DNA of 64,000 nt from a virus: the IMG/VR virus record IMGVR_UViG_3300038468_000190, positions 1-64,000 of that record; one strand, given 5' to 3'. The position numbers and the translations under genes are program-made. The first letter of the stretch is position 1, and the number at the start of each line of letters is the position of its first letter. Below, one piece after another: positions 56,130 through 63,167 of this stretch. The notes beneath the pieces are model-generated. The model saw only the letters and a program-made list of their open reading frames with translations, was not told the DNA's origin and did not search any database.

Positions 56130-56326
56130 AGCCGAGCATGACGGAGCTCGAGGCGGAGCGCGCCCGGGTGTTCCGGGGCCTGCACGCCGGCAAGCTCGGC
56201 CGGCATCTCGACATGCCAGCGGAGCGATTCACGTACGAAGTCAGCGAGACCGGAATCGGTGCGAAGATTGTCGTCCGTTGCCGGTGCGGTGACAGCCTCG
56301 ACATCACGGACTACGAGTCATGGTGA
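56126..56326 (+). CDS. Small phage hypothetical protein
   Basis: FTYE..TGIG..VRCRCG..DITDYESW. Confidence 0.65.
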   Translation: MKPSMTELEAERARVFRGLHAGKLGRHLDMPAERFTYEVSETGIGAKIVVRCRCGDSLDITDYESW

Positions 56327-56604
56327 CGCGGAGCGCTCCGCCGCCCAATAGGTGCCAGGTCTGCGGCCTGCGCGAGTCGATGGGCGTTTTCTGTTCGCCG
56401 CTCGGAGCGATGTCGCTCGCGTACTGCGGCGTGTGCGGTGGCCTCGGCCTCGAGCCCCCCGGGCTCATCGCCGGCATGGTCGACGTGAACGGCGGCTGGG
56501 ACGCCGTCGCCGACTGGCTCCGCGGCTACCCGGCGCACGCGATCCACATGGGGATGCTCGTGCTCCACGATAGGGTTCACTTCTACAGGGCCGCCGATGC
56601 CTGA
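56320..56604 (+). CDS. Zn-finger hypothetical protein
   Basis: CQVC...GAMSLAYCGVC. Confidence 0.6.
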   Translation: MVTRSAPPPNRCQVCGLRESMGVFCSPLGAMSLAYCGVCGGLGLEPPGLIAGMVDVNGGWDAVADWLRGYPAHAIHMGMLVLHDRVHFYRAADA

Positions 56605-56974
56605 GCCGAAGACGAAGCGGTGGTTCGTGATCGTGACCGGCTCCAGAAAGTGGTCGGACGCCGAGGCGATTTCGCGCCGGCTCGAGAAGTACCCAAAGGG
56701 CACGATTCTCCTCCACGGCGGCGCCGTCGGCGCGGACAGAATCGCGGCCGCCATCGGCCGGGGGCGAGGCTTCGACGTCCTGGCGGTGCCCTATTTCCGG
56801 GAACTCGACAATGGGGGCGGCCCCGAGCGTAACGCCGCCATGGTGGCGATGGGCGCGGCGGTGACGAAGTGGTTTCAGGTCGTGGTCGAGGCCTTCCCTC
56901 TGCCCGGCGGGACGGGCACCCAGGACTGCATGCGGCAGGCCGAGGCGGCGGGCCTCTCGGTGGAGAGTAAATGA
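56597..56974 (+). CDS. SLOG family (YspA/DUF2493-like) protein
   Basis: VIVTGSRKW, LLHGGAVGAD, GPERNAAM, GTGTQDC. Confidence 0.85.
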   Translation: MPEPKTKRWFVIVTGSRKWSDAEAISRRLEKYPKGTILLHGGAVGADRIAAAIGRGRGFDVLAVPYFRELDNGGGPERNAAMVAMGAAVTKWFQVVVEAFPLPGGTGTQDCMRQAEAAGLSVESK

Positions 56975-57183
56975 CGAAGCCGAAGAACCCGCACCCTATC
57001 GCCGTCACGCCGATCCCGATGCGCCTCTATTGTCCCGAGTGCCACCGGCTCCACGTGGACGAGGGCATCTGGGCGACGAAGGTCCACCACACCCACTCGT
57101 GCCAGCACTGCGGCATGACGTGGCGCCCGGCCGTCGTCGCGACGGTCGGCGTACAGTTTCTACCAGGCTTCAAGAACTACTGA
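56971..57183 (+). CDS. Small Zn-binding protein
   Basis: LYCPECHRLHVD...HHTHSCQHCG. Confidence 0.7.
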   Translation: MTKPKNPHPIAVTPIPMRLYCPECHRLHVDEGIWATKVHHTHSCQHCGMTWRPAVVATVGVQFLPGFKNY

Positions 57184-57380
57184 TGGACGACGATGGAGAC
57201 GACGACGAGCTCGAGCGTTACATCGCGCTCTGTAAGAAAAAGACGCGGCGCTACGAGCTCGTCTGTCCCGGATGCGAGAAGGGAGTTCCGGTGCTCGACG
57301 GCGGGCGTTACCATTGTCCGGTGTGCTGCAGGGTTTCGACCCGGCTCTGCGAGCTCACGAGGCGAAAAGACAATGCGTAA
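57183..57380 (+). CDS. Small Zn-ribbon protein
   Basis: CPGC...CPVC. Confidence 0.55.
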   Translation: MDDDGDDDELERYIALCKKKTRRYELVCPGCEKGVPVLDGGRYHCPVCCRVSTRLCELTRRKDNA

Positions 57381-57516
57381 CCGCGCAAACCTGGTCGTGG
57401 GGCTCTTCGCGCTCGCCGTCGCTGGCTGGCCGGGCGGGACCCCGAGCGGCAATCTCCTCATCGGCGCTCTCGGTCTCCTAAACCTCGCTCTCTACATCTG
57501 GATGCCGAGGCTATGA
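57373..57516 (+). CDS. Small two-TM protein
   Basis: Hydrophobic 47 aa. Confidence 0.5.
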   Translation: MRNRANLVVGLFALAVAGWPGGTPSGNLLIGALGLLNLALYIWMPRL

Positions 57517-57647
57517 AAAGGAAAGCGCTCCTGTGCGTGTGCGTCCTCGAGCAGCGGACGTTCAAGAGGAAGAAGGCGCTGCCGTGCTGGCAGTGCGGGC
57601 GCGGCAGGCCGGAGCGGCTCGGCCAGATACAAAGGAGCAGAACATGA
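57513..57647 (+). CDS. Small Cys-containing protein
   Basis: MKRKALLCVC...CWQC; coupled on both sides. Confidence 0.45.
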   Translation: MKRKALLCVCVLEQRTFKRKKALPCWQCGRGRPERLGQIQRSRT

Positions 57648-57898
57648 CGCGCGGGAGCGACGAGGAAAAGCCGATCAGTTTCGAGCTGCCGGTCGACGAG
57701 CTACGGCCCGACCCGGAGACGTTGCCCGGAGGCGGCTTTCTGCGGGTCTACGTAGTCGAAGTGTGGAGCCATGGAGGTTGGTGGCCTGGTGACACCTTCA
57801 CGCCCTACGCATACAAGGCGGCAGAACAACTGCAGGCGCTGAGGGTTCGCGGAGCGAAGGCGCGCGTCGTCGCCTACGTGCGGGAGCGCGTCCAATGA
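57644..57898 (+). CDS. Hypothetical protein
   Basis: AAAGGAG RBS. Confidence 0.6.
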   Translation: MTRGSDEEKPISFELPVDELRPDPETLPGGGFLRVYVVEVWSHGGWWPGDTFTPYAYKAAEQLQALRVRGAKARVVAYVRERVQ

Positions 57899-58149
57899 GT
57901 CAGCCGAATCCCGAGGCGCGCGCGCTGGGCGAATCTAAGCTCCCACGCGGCATGTTTCGTCCGGTGTCCGTCTACGTCTCAGACGATGGCGGCGAATACC
58001 TCGTGCGTGACTACGCGGGCCAGAGTGGGCGCTTCTGCGTGATCGGGCCCTGGACGGTCGACGTGTTGGCGTCATTCCCGAAGCTCCACGAGGCACACGA
58101 CTTCATCGAGAAGCGGGCCGGCAAGGGCAGATGGTGGGTGCGCGGATGA
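57895..58149 (+). CDS. Hypothetical protein
   Basis: Coupled ORF. Confidence 0.55.
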   Translation: MSQPNPEARALGESKLPRGMFRPVSVYVSDDGGEYLVRDYAGQSGRFCVIGPWTVDVLASFPKLHEAHDFIEKRAGKGRWWVRG

Positions 58150-58421
58150 CGAAAGAGTTTCGACGGCTTGTCCGCGCCGTACTCAGCGGACGCCTCAATC
58201 GCGTGAGCCTGTCGATTCGACACAAACGCGGCGGCTTCTATGTGGAAGCTCTGGCGGACACCGGCGAGCACGTGTTCGCTTCGGCCAGCTACGCGCACGT
58301 GCATCACATCGACGACAAGCGGGTCAAGCTGTCCGACGTACTGTTGGTGAGCGCGCGGAGGATGGGCGAGGCGTTCGCGATGGCCCTGCCAGATGAACGG
58401 GATCAGAAACGGAGCGGGTGA
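58146..58421 (+). CDS. Hypothetical protein
   Basis: ATGA-coupled. Confidence 0.55.
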   Translation: MTKEFRRLVRAVLSGRLNRVSLSIRHKRGGFYVEALADTGEHVFASASYAHVHHIDDKRVKLSDVLLVSARRMGEAFAMALPDERDQKRSG

Positions 58422-58427
58422 GCGGAG

Positions 58428-58742
58428 ATGAAGCAGAGCTCTCAGCGGGTCACGAAGACGGCGATTCTCCGGAAGGTAGCTCCAGCCAGTCCTCGCGGTG
58501 AAGGCTGGGACCCGGGGGACTTTACTCGCGGGTACATTGCGGCCGTAGCGGAGTTCGCGCGTCGCCAGACGACCCCTGCTGCGGTGCTGTCAGCCGCTGG
58601 AATCACGCGCGAGGTCGCGAAGGCCGCTAGGCCTCTTCGCTTCGACATGGACGCGATTGAAGAGCATCTTGCTAGCTCAAAGACCAAGCGTGCGAAGACC
58701 CGTGCCGCCGAGATGAGACGTGCACGGACTTGGAGCAGATGA
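58428..58742 (+). CDS. Hypothetical protein
   Basis: 104 aa; DFTRGYIAAVAEF. Confidence 0.55.
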   Translation: MKQSSQRVTKTAILRKVAPASPRGEGWDPGDFTRGYIAAVAEFARRQTTPAAVLSAAGITREVAKAARPLRFDMDAIEEHLASSKTKRAKTRAAEMRRARTWSR

Positions 58743-59047
58743 TGAAGCACGTGACTCAGCCGTATACAATGTCGAACGCGCCGGTCGATTCTGTATGCCC
58801 AGAATGCCCACCGTACCGTCCGTTTCTGTGTCGACAACACCAAGAGGAGTACACGCGCAACTTGTTCGGGGATGTCGGCCCCGATGGTCGATGTCGCTGT
58901 CTTTCCCGCGAACACATCGGCACGTCAGGGTTTGTCGAATGGTGTCCGCGCTGCGGCTCCCTTGCGGTGTTCGAGGCCGGGCGATGGATATTTAAAACGC
59001 CGTCTGAGGTGAGCGGAATCAAAACCGGCGAGGGCTCGCGAAGATGA
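58742..59047 (+). CDS. Cys-rich hypothetical protein
   Basis: CPEC, CRQH, WCPRCGSL. Confidence 0.55.
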   Translation: MKHVTQPYTMSNAPVDSVCPECPPYRPFLCRQHQEEYTRNLFGDVGPDGRCRCLSREHIGTSGFVEWCPRCGSLAVFEAGRWIFKTPSEVSGIKTGEGSRR

Positions 59048-59099
59048 AGCATCCCCGAATCGGAAACCGTGCGCACCGGAGCACCAGAGAGGCGGTCTC

Positions 59100-59447
59100 T
59101 TGAGCAAGCTAAAAATGCCTGAGCGACAAACAGACGACGGGGCGGTTGCTCTGCGCCGAGTCGGTGAAAAGATCGCGGTGCACGTTACCGATGGCGGCGT
59201 CGATCAGGAGCTTGTTATGGGCGAGCACAACGCTTGGCGTATCTTCGGGATGCTCGCGGTCATGCTGCAAATCCCGCTCTCTCCGAAGGTCGGCAAGGCG
59301 ATCGTGTTCTCGCCTCCGGAAGGCGATCGAGGCCACGTTTCATTCAAGTTCGAAGTGCCGGAGCCGAAGACGCTCGGCGAGAGAGTCGCGCAACACCTCG
59401 TGGCGAAAGAGATGAAGGCCGCGCTGGGTGAGCGCGGAGGAAAGTGA
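59100..59447 (+). CDS. Hypothetical protein
   Basis: TTG start after GAGG. Confidence 0.6.
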   Translation: MSKLKMPERQTDDGAVALRRVGEKIAVHVTDGGVDQELVMGEHNAWRIFGMLAVMLQIPLSPKVGKAIVFSPPEGDRGHVSFKFEVPEPKTLGERVAQHLVAKEMKAALGERGGK

Positions 59448-59451
59448 TCCG

Positions 59452-59691
59452 ATGAGCCACGTGAAGCATCAGAAGACGGCAAGTCGCGCGAAGCGGAATC
59501 GCACTCATGAATGGTTCGATCTTCCCGTTGAACAGTGGATCGGAGTCGAGCTCGATAGGAGCCACCTGGCTCCGCACACCGTCGTCGTGGGCGGATATGC
59601 TCGCGCACGCCTGAAAAGTGCGAAAAGAGCAATCGCGCTCGCTGAAAAACTGAGGTCTGTGTTTCGCGAAGAAAGCGAGCGCGCGCCGTGA
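59452..59691 (+). CDS. Hypothetical protein
   Basis: Starts MSHVKHQK. Confidence 0.5.
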   Translation: MSHVKHQKTASRAKRNRTHEWFDLPVEQWIGVELDRSHLAPHTVVVGGYARARLKSAKRAIALAEKLRSVFREESERAP

Positions 59692-59743
59692 AGCATTCCC
59701 GAGCCACTGTCCGCGTGGAGCGGATCAAGAAAGAGGGAGTCTC

Positions 59744-60025
59744 TTGAGCGACGCGAAGCCACGGACGATCACTCTCAACGCCTACCAGCGCGCGAATCTG
59801 CTTTGGCTGATCCGCGCGTGCGGGTATCCGAGTAATCGCGATGGCAGCCCCTCCGGAGTGCCGCCGTTTACATGCGCGAACACGGGCGACTGGCTCGGTG
59901 AGGTGTACGGCCTTCTCGGCGGATTTGATGACGAGCCGGACCGCAGCCCGAATCAATCGCTGGACGGTCTGCGCAAGAGCGTCGCTTGGTGGTTCGACGA
60001 ACAGAAGACCAAGGTGCAACCGTGA
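59744..60025 (+). CDS. Hypothetical protein
   Basis: TTG start after GAGG; ends KTKVQP. Confidence 0.6.
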   Translation: MSDAKPRTITLNAYQRANLLWLIRACGYPSNRDGSPSGVPPFTCANTGDWLGEVYGLLGGFDDEPDRSPNQSLDGLRKSVAWWFDEQKTKVQP

Positions 60026-60297
60026 AGCACTTTGACGAGGCAGTCCTTTGACCTACCGCTGTGGACTTGGCTTCCCCGGTCACGAGCGGCTACCGTCGAT
60101 CACCTGCGATGGCTGTAGAGTCGTGCTCACGCTCATCTCGAACCCGCCTCCGAAGTGGTTTCTGGACGGACGCGCCAAGCCGGGCTGGCTTCTGGTGCGT
60201 CACGAGGAGCGCGACGGTCACGTCAGAATGCGCTCCGACTACTGTCCCGCGTGCAAGGTGAGCAGGCGCAAAAAGACCAAGGTGCAACCGTGAAGCA
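60005..60297 (+). repeat. Perfect 25-bp direct repeat flanking one gene
   Basis: AAGACCAAGGTGCAACCGTGAAGCA at 60005-60029 and 60273-60297. Confidence 0.9.
60048..60293 (+). CDS. Zn-finger hypothetical protein
   Basis: ITCDGC...DYCPAC; ends KTKVQP. Confidence 0.6.
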   Translation: MTYRCGLGFPGHERLPSITCDGCRVVLTLISNPPPKWFLDGRAKPGWLLVRHEERDGHVRMRSDYCPACKVSRRKKTKVQP

Positions 60298-60367
60298 GTG
60301 GGTAACGGCTGTCTGTGAGGACCGCGTCTCTGCAACCCCAAACTTTTCGAGAGGAGAGAATTGAATC

Positions 60368-60850
60368 ATGAAGATCTACGTAGCATCGTCCTGGCGGAAC
60401 CTTCTGCAACCCGGCATCGTGCACGCGCTTCGGCGTTGCGGTCACGACGTCTACGACTTCCGACACCCTAAGCCCGGCGACGACGGCTTTCGCTGGTCGG
60501 AGGTGGGCGGACCTTCGGGATACGTTCACGGCGACAAGATCCCGCCGAGCGTGTACCGTGAGATGCTCAAGCACCCGCGAGCGGCCGAGGGCTACGCGCA
60601 GGACATCGGTCACGTCCATTGGTGCGACGCCTGCGTCTACGTGCTGCCCTGCGGTCGGTCTGCGTCGTTCGAATTCGGTTACGCGATGGGGCAGGGGAAG
60701 CGCGGCTACCTCGTCGCGTTCGACGACATAGAGCCGGACCTGATGTTCCGTGAAGCGACCATCATCACGAACATGGACGAGCTGTTCGACGCTTTCGGCG
60801 AGCCAGCGGAGCACGGCGAGCTAGTTCAACGGACTGGGTCCGTGCCGTGA
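60368..60850 (+). CDS. Nucleoside 2-deoxyribosyltransferase-like / nucleotide N-glycosidase
   Basis: KIYVASSW, D..HV.WCDACVYVLPCGRSASFEFGYAMGQGK. Confidence 0.8.
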   Translation: MKIYVASSWRNLLQPGIVHALRRCGHDVYDFRHPKPGDDGFRWSEVGGPSGYVHGDKIPPSVYREMLKHPRAAEGYAQDIGHVHWCDACVYVLPCGRSASFEFGYAMGQGKRGYLVAFDDIEPDLMFREATIITNMDELFDAFGEPAEHGELVQRTGSVP

Positions 60851-61068
60851 AGCATCAGAAGGCGGTTATCCGCGCAGAGCCGGTCACGCAAACCCCAATC
60901 CCGCACGCTCCGGGATGTGGCTGTAACCCAGTGCTTCACCGGTACAAGTGCCGGCACTGCAAGCGCGTCGTCGGCTGGTGCATCGGCGCCTACGACGACA
61001 TCGAGCGCGCGGCTGGACCGATCTGCGACGATTGCGCCGCGAGCCGCGCGCATGAGGTGGCCCCATGA
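60847..61068 (+). CDS. Small Zn-finger protein
   Basis: CRHC...ICDDC. Confidence 0.55.
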   Translation: MKHQKAVIRAEPVTQTPIPHAPGCGCNPVLHRYKCRHCKRVVGWCIGAYDDIERAAGPICDDCAASRAHEVAP

Positions 61069-61247
61069 GTACCGTGAAGCGGCCGGGAACCGTAGTCAGG
61101 GAGAGAGTGGTGCCCGATGCTGTCGCAACTGACGCAACCGAAGTGGCCGCGGGCGTATACATGCCGGCGCACCAGACTCACGTAACGCTGGCGCCGTGGT
61201 TTGTTAGAGGACTCTCAGCTGTTGCTGACGACGAAAAGGAGCCGAAC

Positions 61248-61736
61248 ATGAATCCCACCGACCAAGGCCCGAAGCCCGACCCCTGGGACACGGCCGACTA
61301 CTACGAGTGCCGAGAGGGCGTCGAAGAACTCACGCACGAAACGCTCGAGGATGCGCTCGAGTCGTACCTCGACGGATGCATGGAGCCCGAGTGCGATGCG
61401 GAGGCGGTGATCCGGGCAGTCGGCATGATCGAGGTCACGGCGTATGCGCGCAAAACGGTCGATCCGGCAGACGCGAAGCGCTGGGCCGAGCGACTTGCCG
61501 ACGAGGTCAACGAGTCGTGGCGCGACGAGGAGTACGGCAATCCAGACGATGACCAGGGCGGCCCTGGCGACGACGAGTTCGTGCGAGAGGTGACCGCCGT
61601 AATCCAGCGCGCCTTCGACCGGACGGACGTGTGGCAGTGCGAACGCGTCGCCAAGCGGAAGTTTTCGACCGAAGAGCTACTCGCCATCATGAGAAAAGAG
61701 TGTCCGGAGTGGTTCCGGCCGGCGGAGAAGCCGTGA
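61248..61736 (+). CDS. Acidic phage hypothetical protein
   Basis: AAAGGAG RBS before ATG 61248; frame open from 61065. Confidence 0.7.
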   Translation: MNPTDQGPKPDPWDTADYYECREGVEELTHETLEDALESYLDGCMEPECDAEAVIRAVGMIEVTAYARKTVDPADAKRWAERLADEVNESWRDEEYGNPDDDQGGPGDDEFVREVTAVIQRAFDRTDVWQCERVAKRKFSTEELLAIMRKECPEWFRPAEKP

Positions 61737-61843
61737 AGCCGAGCGAGACGCGGTCGTTTTGGGAGAAGCTCAAGGAGGCGCCGGCGGTGGTGCTCTTCGC
61801 CCCGCTCTTCTGGATAGCGCTCAGAAAGGGCTGGGGGCACTGA
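61733..61843 (+). CDS. Small membrane peptide
   Basis: GTGA-coupled; hydrophobic segment. Confidence 0.45.
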   Translation: MKPSETRSFWEKLKEAPAVVLFAPLFWIALRKGWGH

Positions 61844-61859
61844 TGCCCTGCCTCGGAAC

Positions 61860-62123
61860 ATGAAGAAGGCCGATCAGTCCGAGCGTCGATGGTTTCAGGC
61901 CGCCGACAGGACCGTGAAGGAGCTCGAGAGAAAACGAGCTTCGGCGGATACTGCCTACCGGCTGACGGGCCATCCGAAGCACGAACGCGAGCGCTTCCTC
62001 CTCGACACGACCCTCGACCAGGCCCGTCAGATCCGGCGCATGAGGGAGAAGGAGCTCCGCCGAGCAGAGGTCGAGGGGAGCGCCCCGACACCAACGGAAG
62101 AAGATCATGAAAGACCCGAATAG
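61860..62123 (+). CDS. Hypothetical protein
   Basis: 87 aa, charged and helical. Confidence 0.55.
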   Translation: MKKADQSERRWFQAADRTVKELERKRASADTAYRLTGHPKHERERFLLDTTLDQARQIRRMREKELRRAEVEGSAPTPTEEDHERPE

Positions 62124-62349
62124 ACGCCCCATCTTCGAGCCCTCGGTGCTGCCGGTGCAGACGCTGAGCTCGAAAAATCCTCACGGCCGCACGCCGCTCG
62201 AGGCACTTCTCATGCGCGCGCTCGGCACGAAGGACCCGCAAAGGCTCGAGAAGTTTCTCGCCACGCTCCGGGACAAGGCCGTGATTCTCGAGAAAGAAGG
62301 CTACGAAGGTCTCTGCCGGGAGATCCGCCGCAAGGTCGGTAGTACGTGA
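62107..62349 (+). CDS. Hypothetical protein
   Basis: 80 aa. Confidence 0.55.
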   Translation: MKDPNRRPIFEPSVLPVQTLSSKNPHGRTPLEALLMRALGTKDPQRLEKFLATLRDKAVILEKEGYEGLCREIRRKVGST

Positions 62350-62825
62350 CCGGAACCGTTCGACGCGGCTTTCTGGAGGTCGATCCGTCGTGGGTCGAGT
62401 GGCTCCTCGCGGCGTCGACTTGTCTCCCCTCCTTCCAGATGAGTGCGGAGGGGAGCGCGTGGCAGTGGCGGGGGCCCTGGCGCTGGCCGCGCAAGGTAGG
62501 CCTCGGAGTGCCGTTCGTGAGGGCCGCGATCGAGCTCACGGGCGATGAGGAGCCGCACCACGTGAACTGGTGGGCCAATGTGCTTCGGGTAGGCGGCTCC
62601 TACCGGAGTCATTCGCACGACGGCCGGTGGGTCTTCGTCTACCACCTGACGGCCGGCACGGCGCTCCACTTCGAGACGGAGAGCTTTCCTGCGACGCCCG
62701 GGCAGATGCTGGTGTTCGGGGCGGGGCTTCGGCATTGGACCGACCGGGCCGAGCGCGATGCGCTGCCGCGGGTCTCGATCGTCGGCAATCTCTACTATAG
62801 GAGAGGCCACCGAGTGGGGGCCTGA
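62346..62825 (+). CDS. 2OG-Fe(II) oxygenase-like protein (TIGR02466-like)
   Basis: WANVLRVGG, HSH, GQMLVFGAGLRHWT, RVSIVGN. Confidence 0.75.
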   Translation: MTGTVRRGFLEVDPSWVEWLLAASTCLPSFQMSAEGSAWQWRGPWRWPRKVGLGVPFVRAAIELTGDEEPHHVNWWANVLRVGGSYRSHSHDGRWVFVYHLTAGTALHFETESFPATPGQMLVFGAGLRHWTDRAERDALPRVSIVGNLYYRRGHRVGA

Positions 62826-62837
62826 AGGAGCCGGAGC

Positions 62838-63167
62838 ATGACCAAGAAGAAGAAAAAGATCCGACGGGAGCCCTGGGGCCCGCTGTGGATGCTGCAGGCG
62901 CAGCTCATTGGGTTTACGAGCTACAAAGGCAGAAAGCTCGGTCTCACGATCATCGGAACCGCTGGCGAGTACTTGCTCTTGGCGCTCGAGACGACTGCCA
63001 CCGCGCCCGAGGAAGTCTTGGGCGAGCATGCGCACGAGTCGCTAGGCACTTACCCCACCGTCAGCGCCGCCATGACCGCGGCGGCGGCGTACGCGAAGAA
63101 GTGGTGGCGCTCGCAGTCGAAGAAGACGGCCGGGCCGTGGTGCGGCTGCGTGGAGATCGAGGAATGA
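62838..63167 (+). CDS. Hypothetical protein
   Basis: AAGGAG/GGAG RBS. Confidence 0.6.
   Translation: MTKKKKKIRREPWGPLWMLQAQLIGFTSYKGRKLGLTIIGTAGEYLLLALETTATAPEEVLGEHAHESLGTYPTVSAAMTAAAAYAKKWWRSQSKKTAGPWCGCVEIEE

Larger units (their letters stand above)
58428..61740 (+). repeat. Dispersed gene-junction element beginning RTGAAGC(A)
   Basis: RTGAAGCA at 58428, 58742, 59044, 59461, 59688, 60022, 60290, 60847; GTGAAGC at 61074 and 61733; inverted copy at 60932-60939. Confidence 0.8.

Noticed and set aside
58428-61740. CRISPR array or canonical integron
   Set aside because: Spacing is gene-sized, repeats are short and degenerate, there are no RYYYAAC/GTTRRRY ends, and no cas or intI gene is seen.
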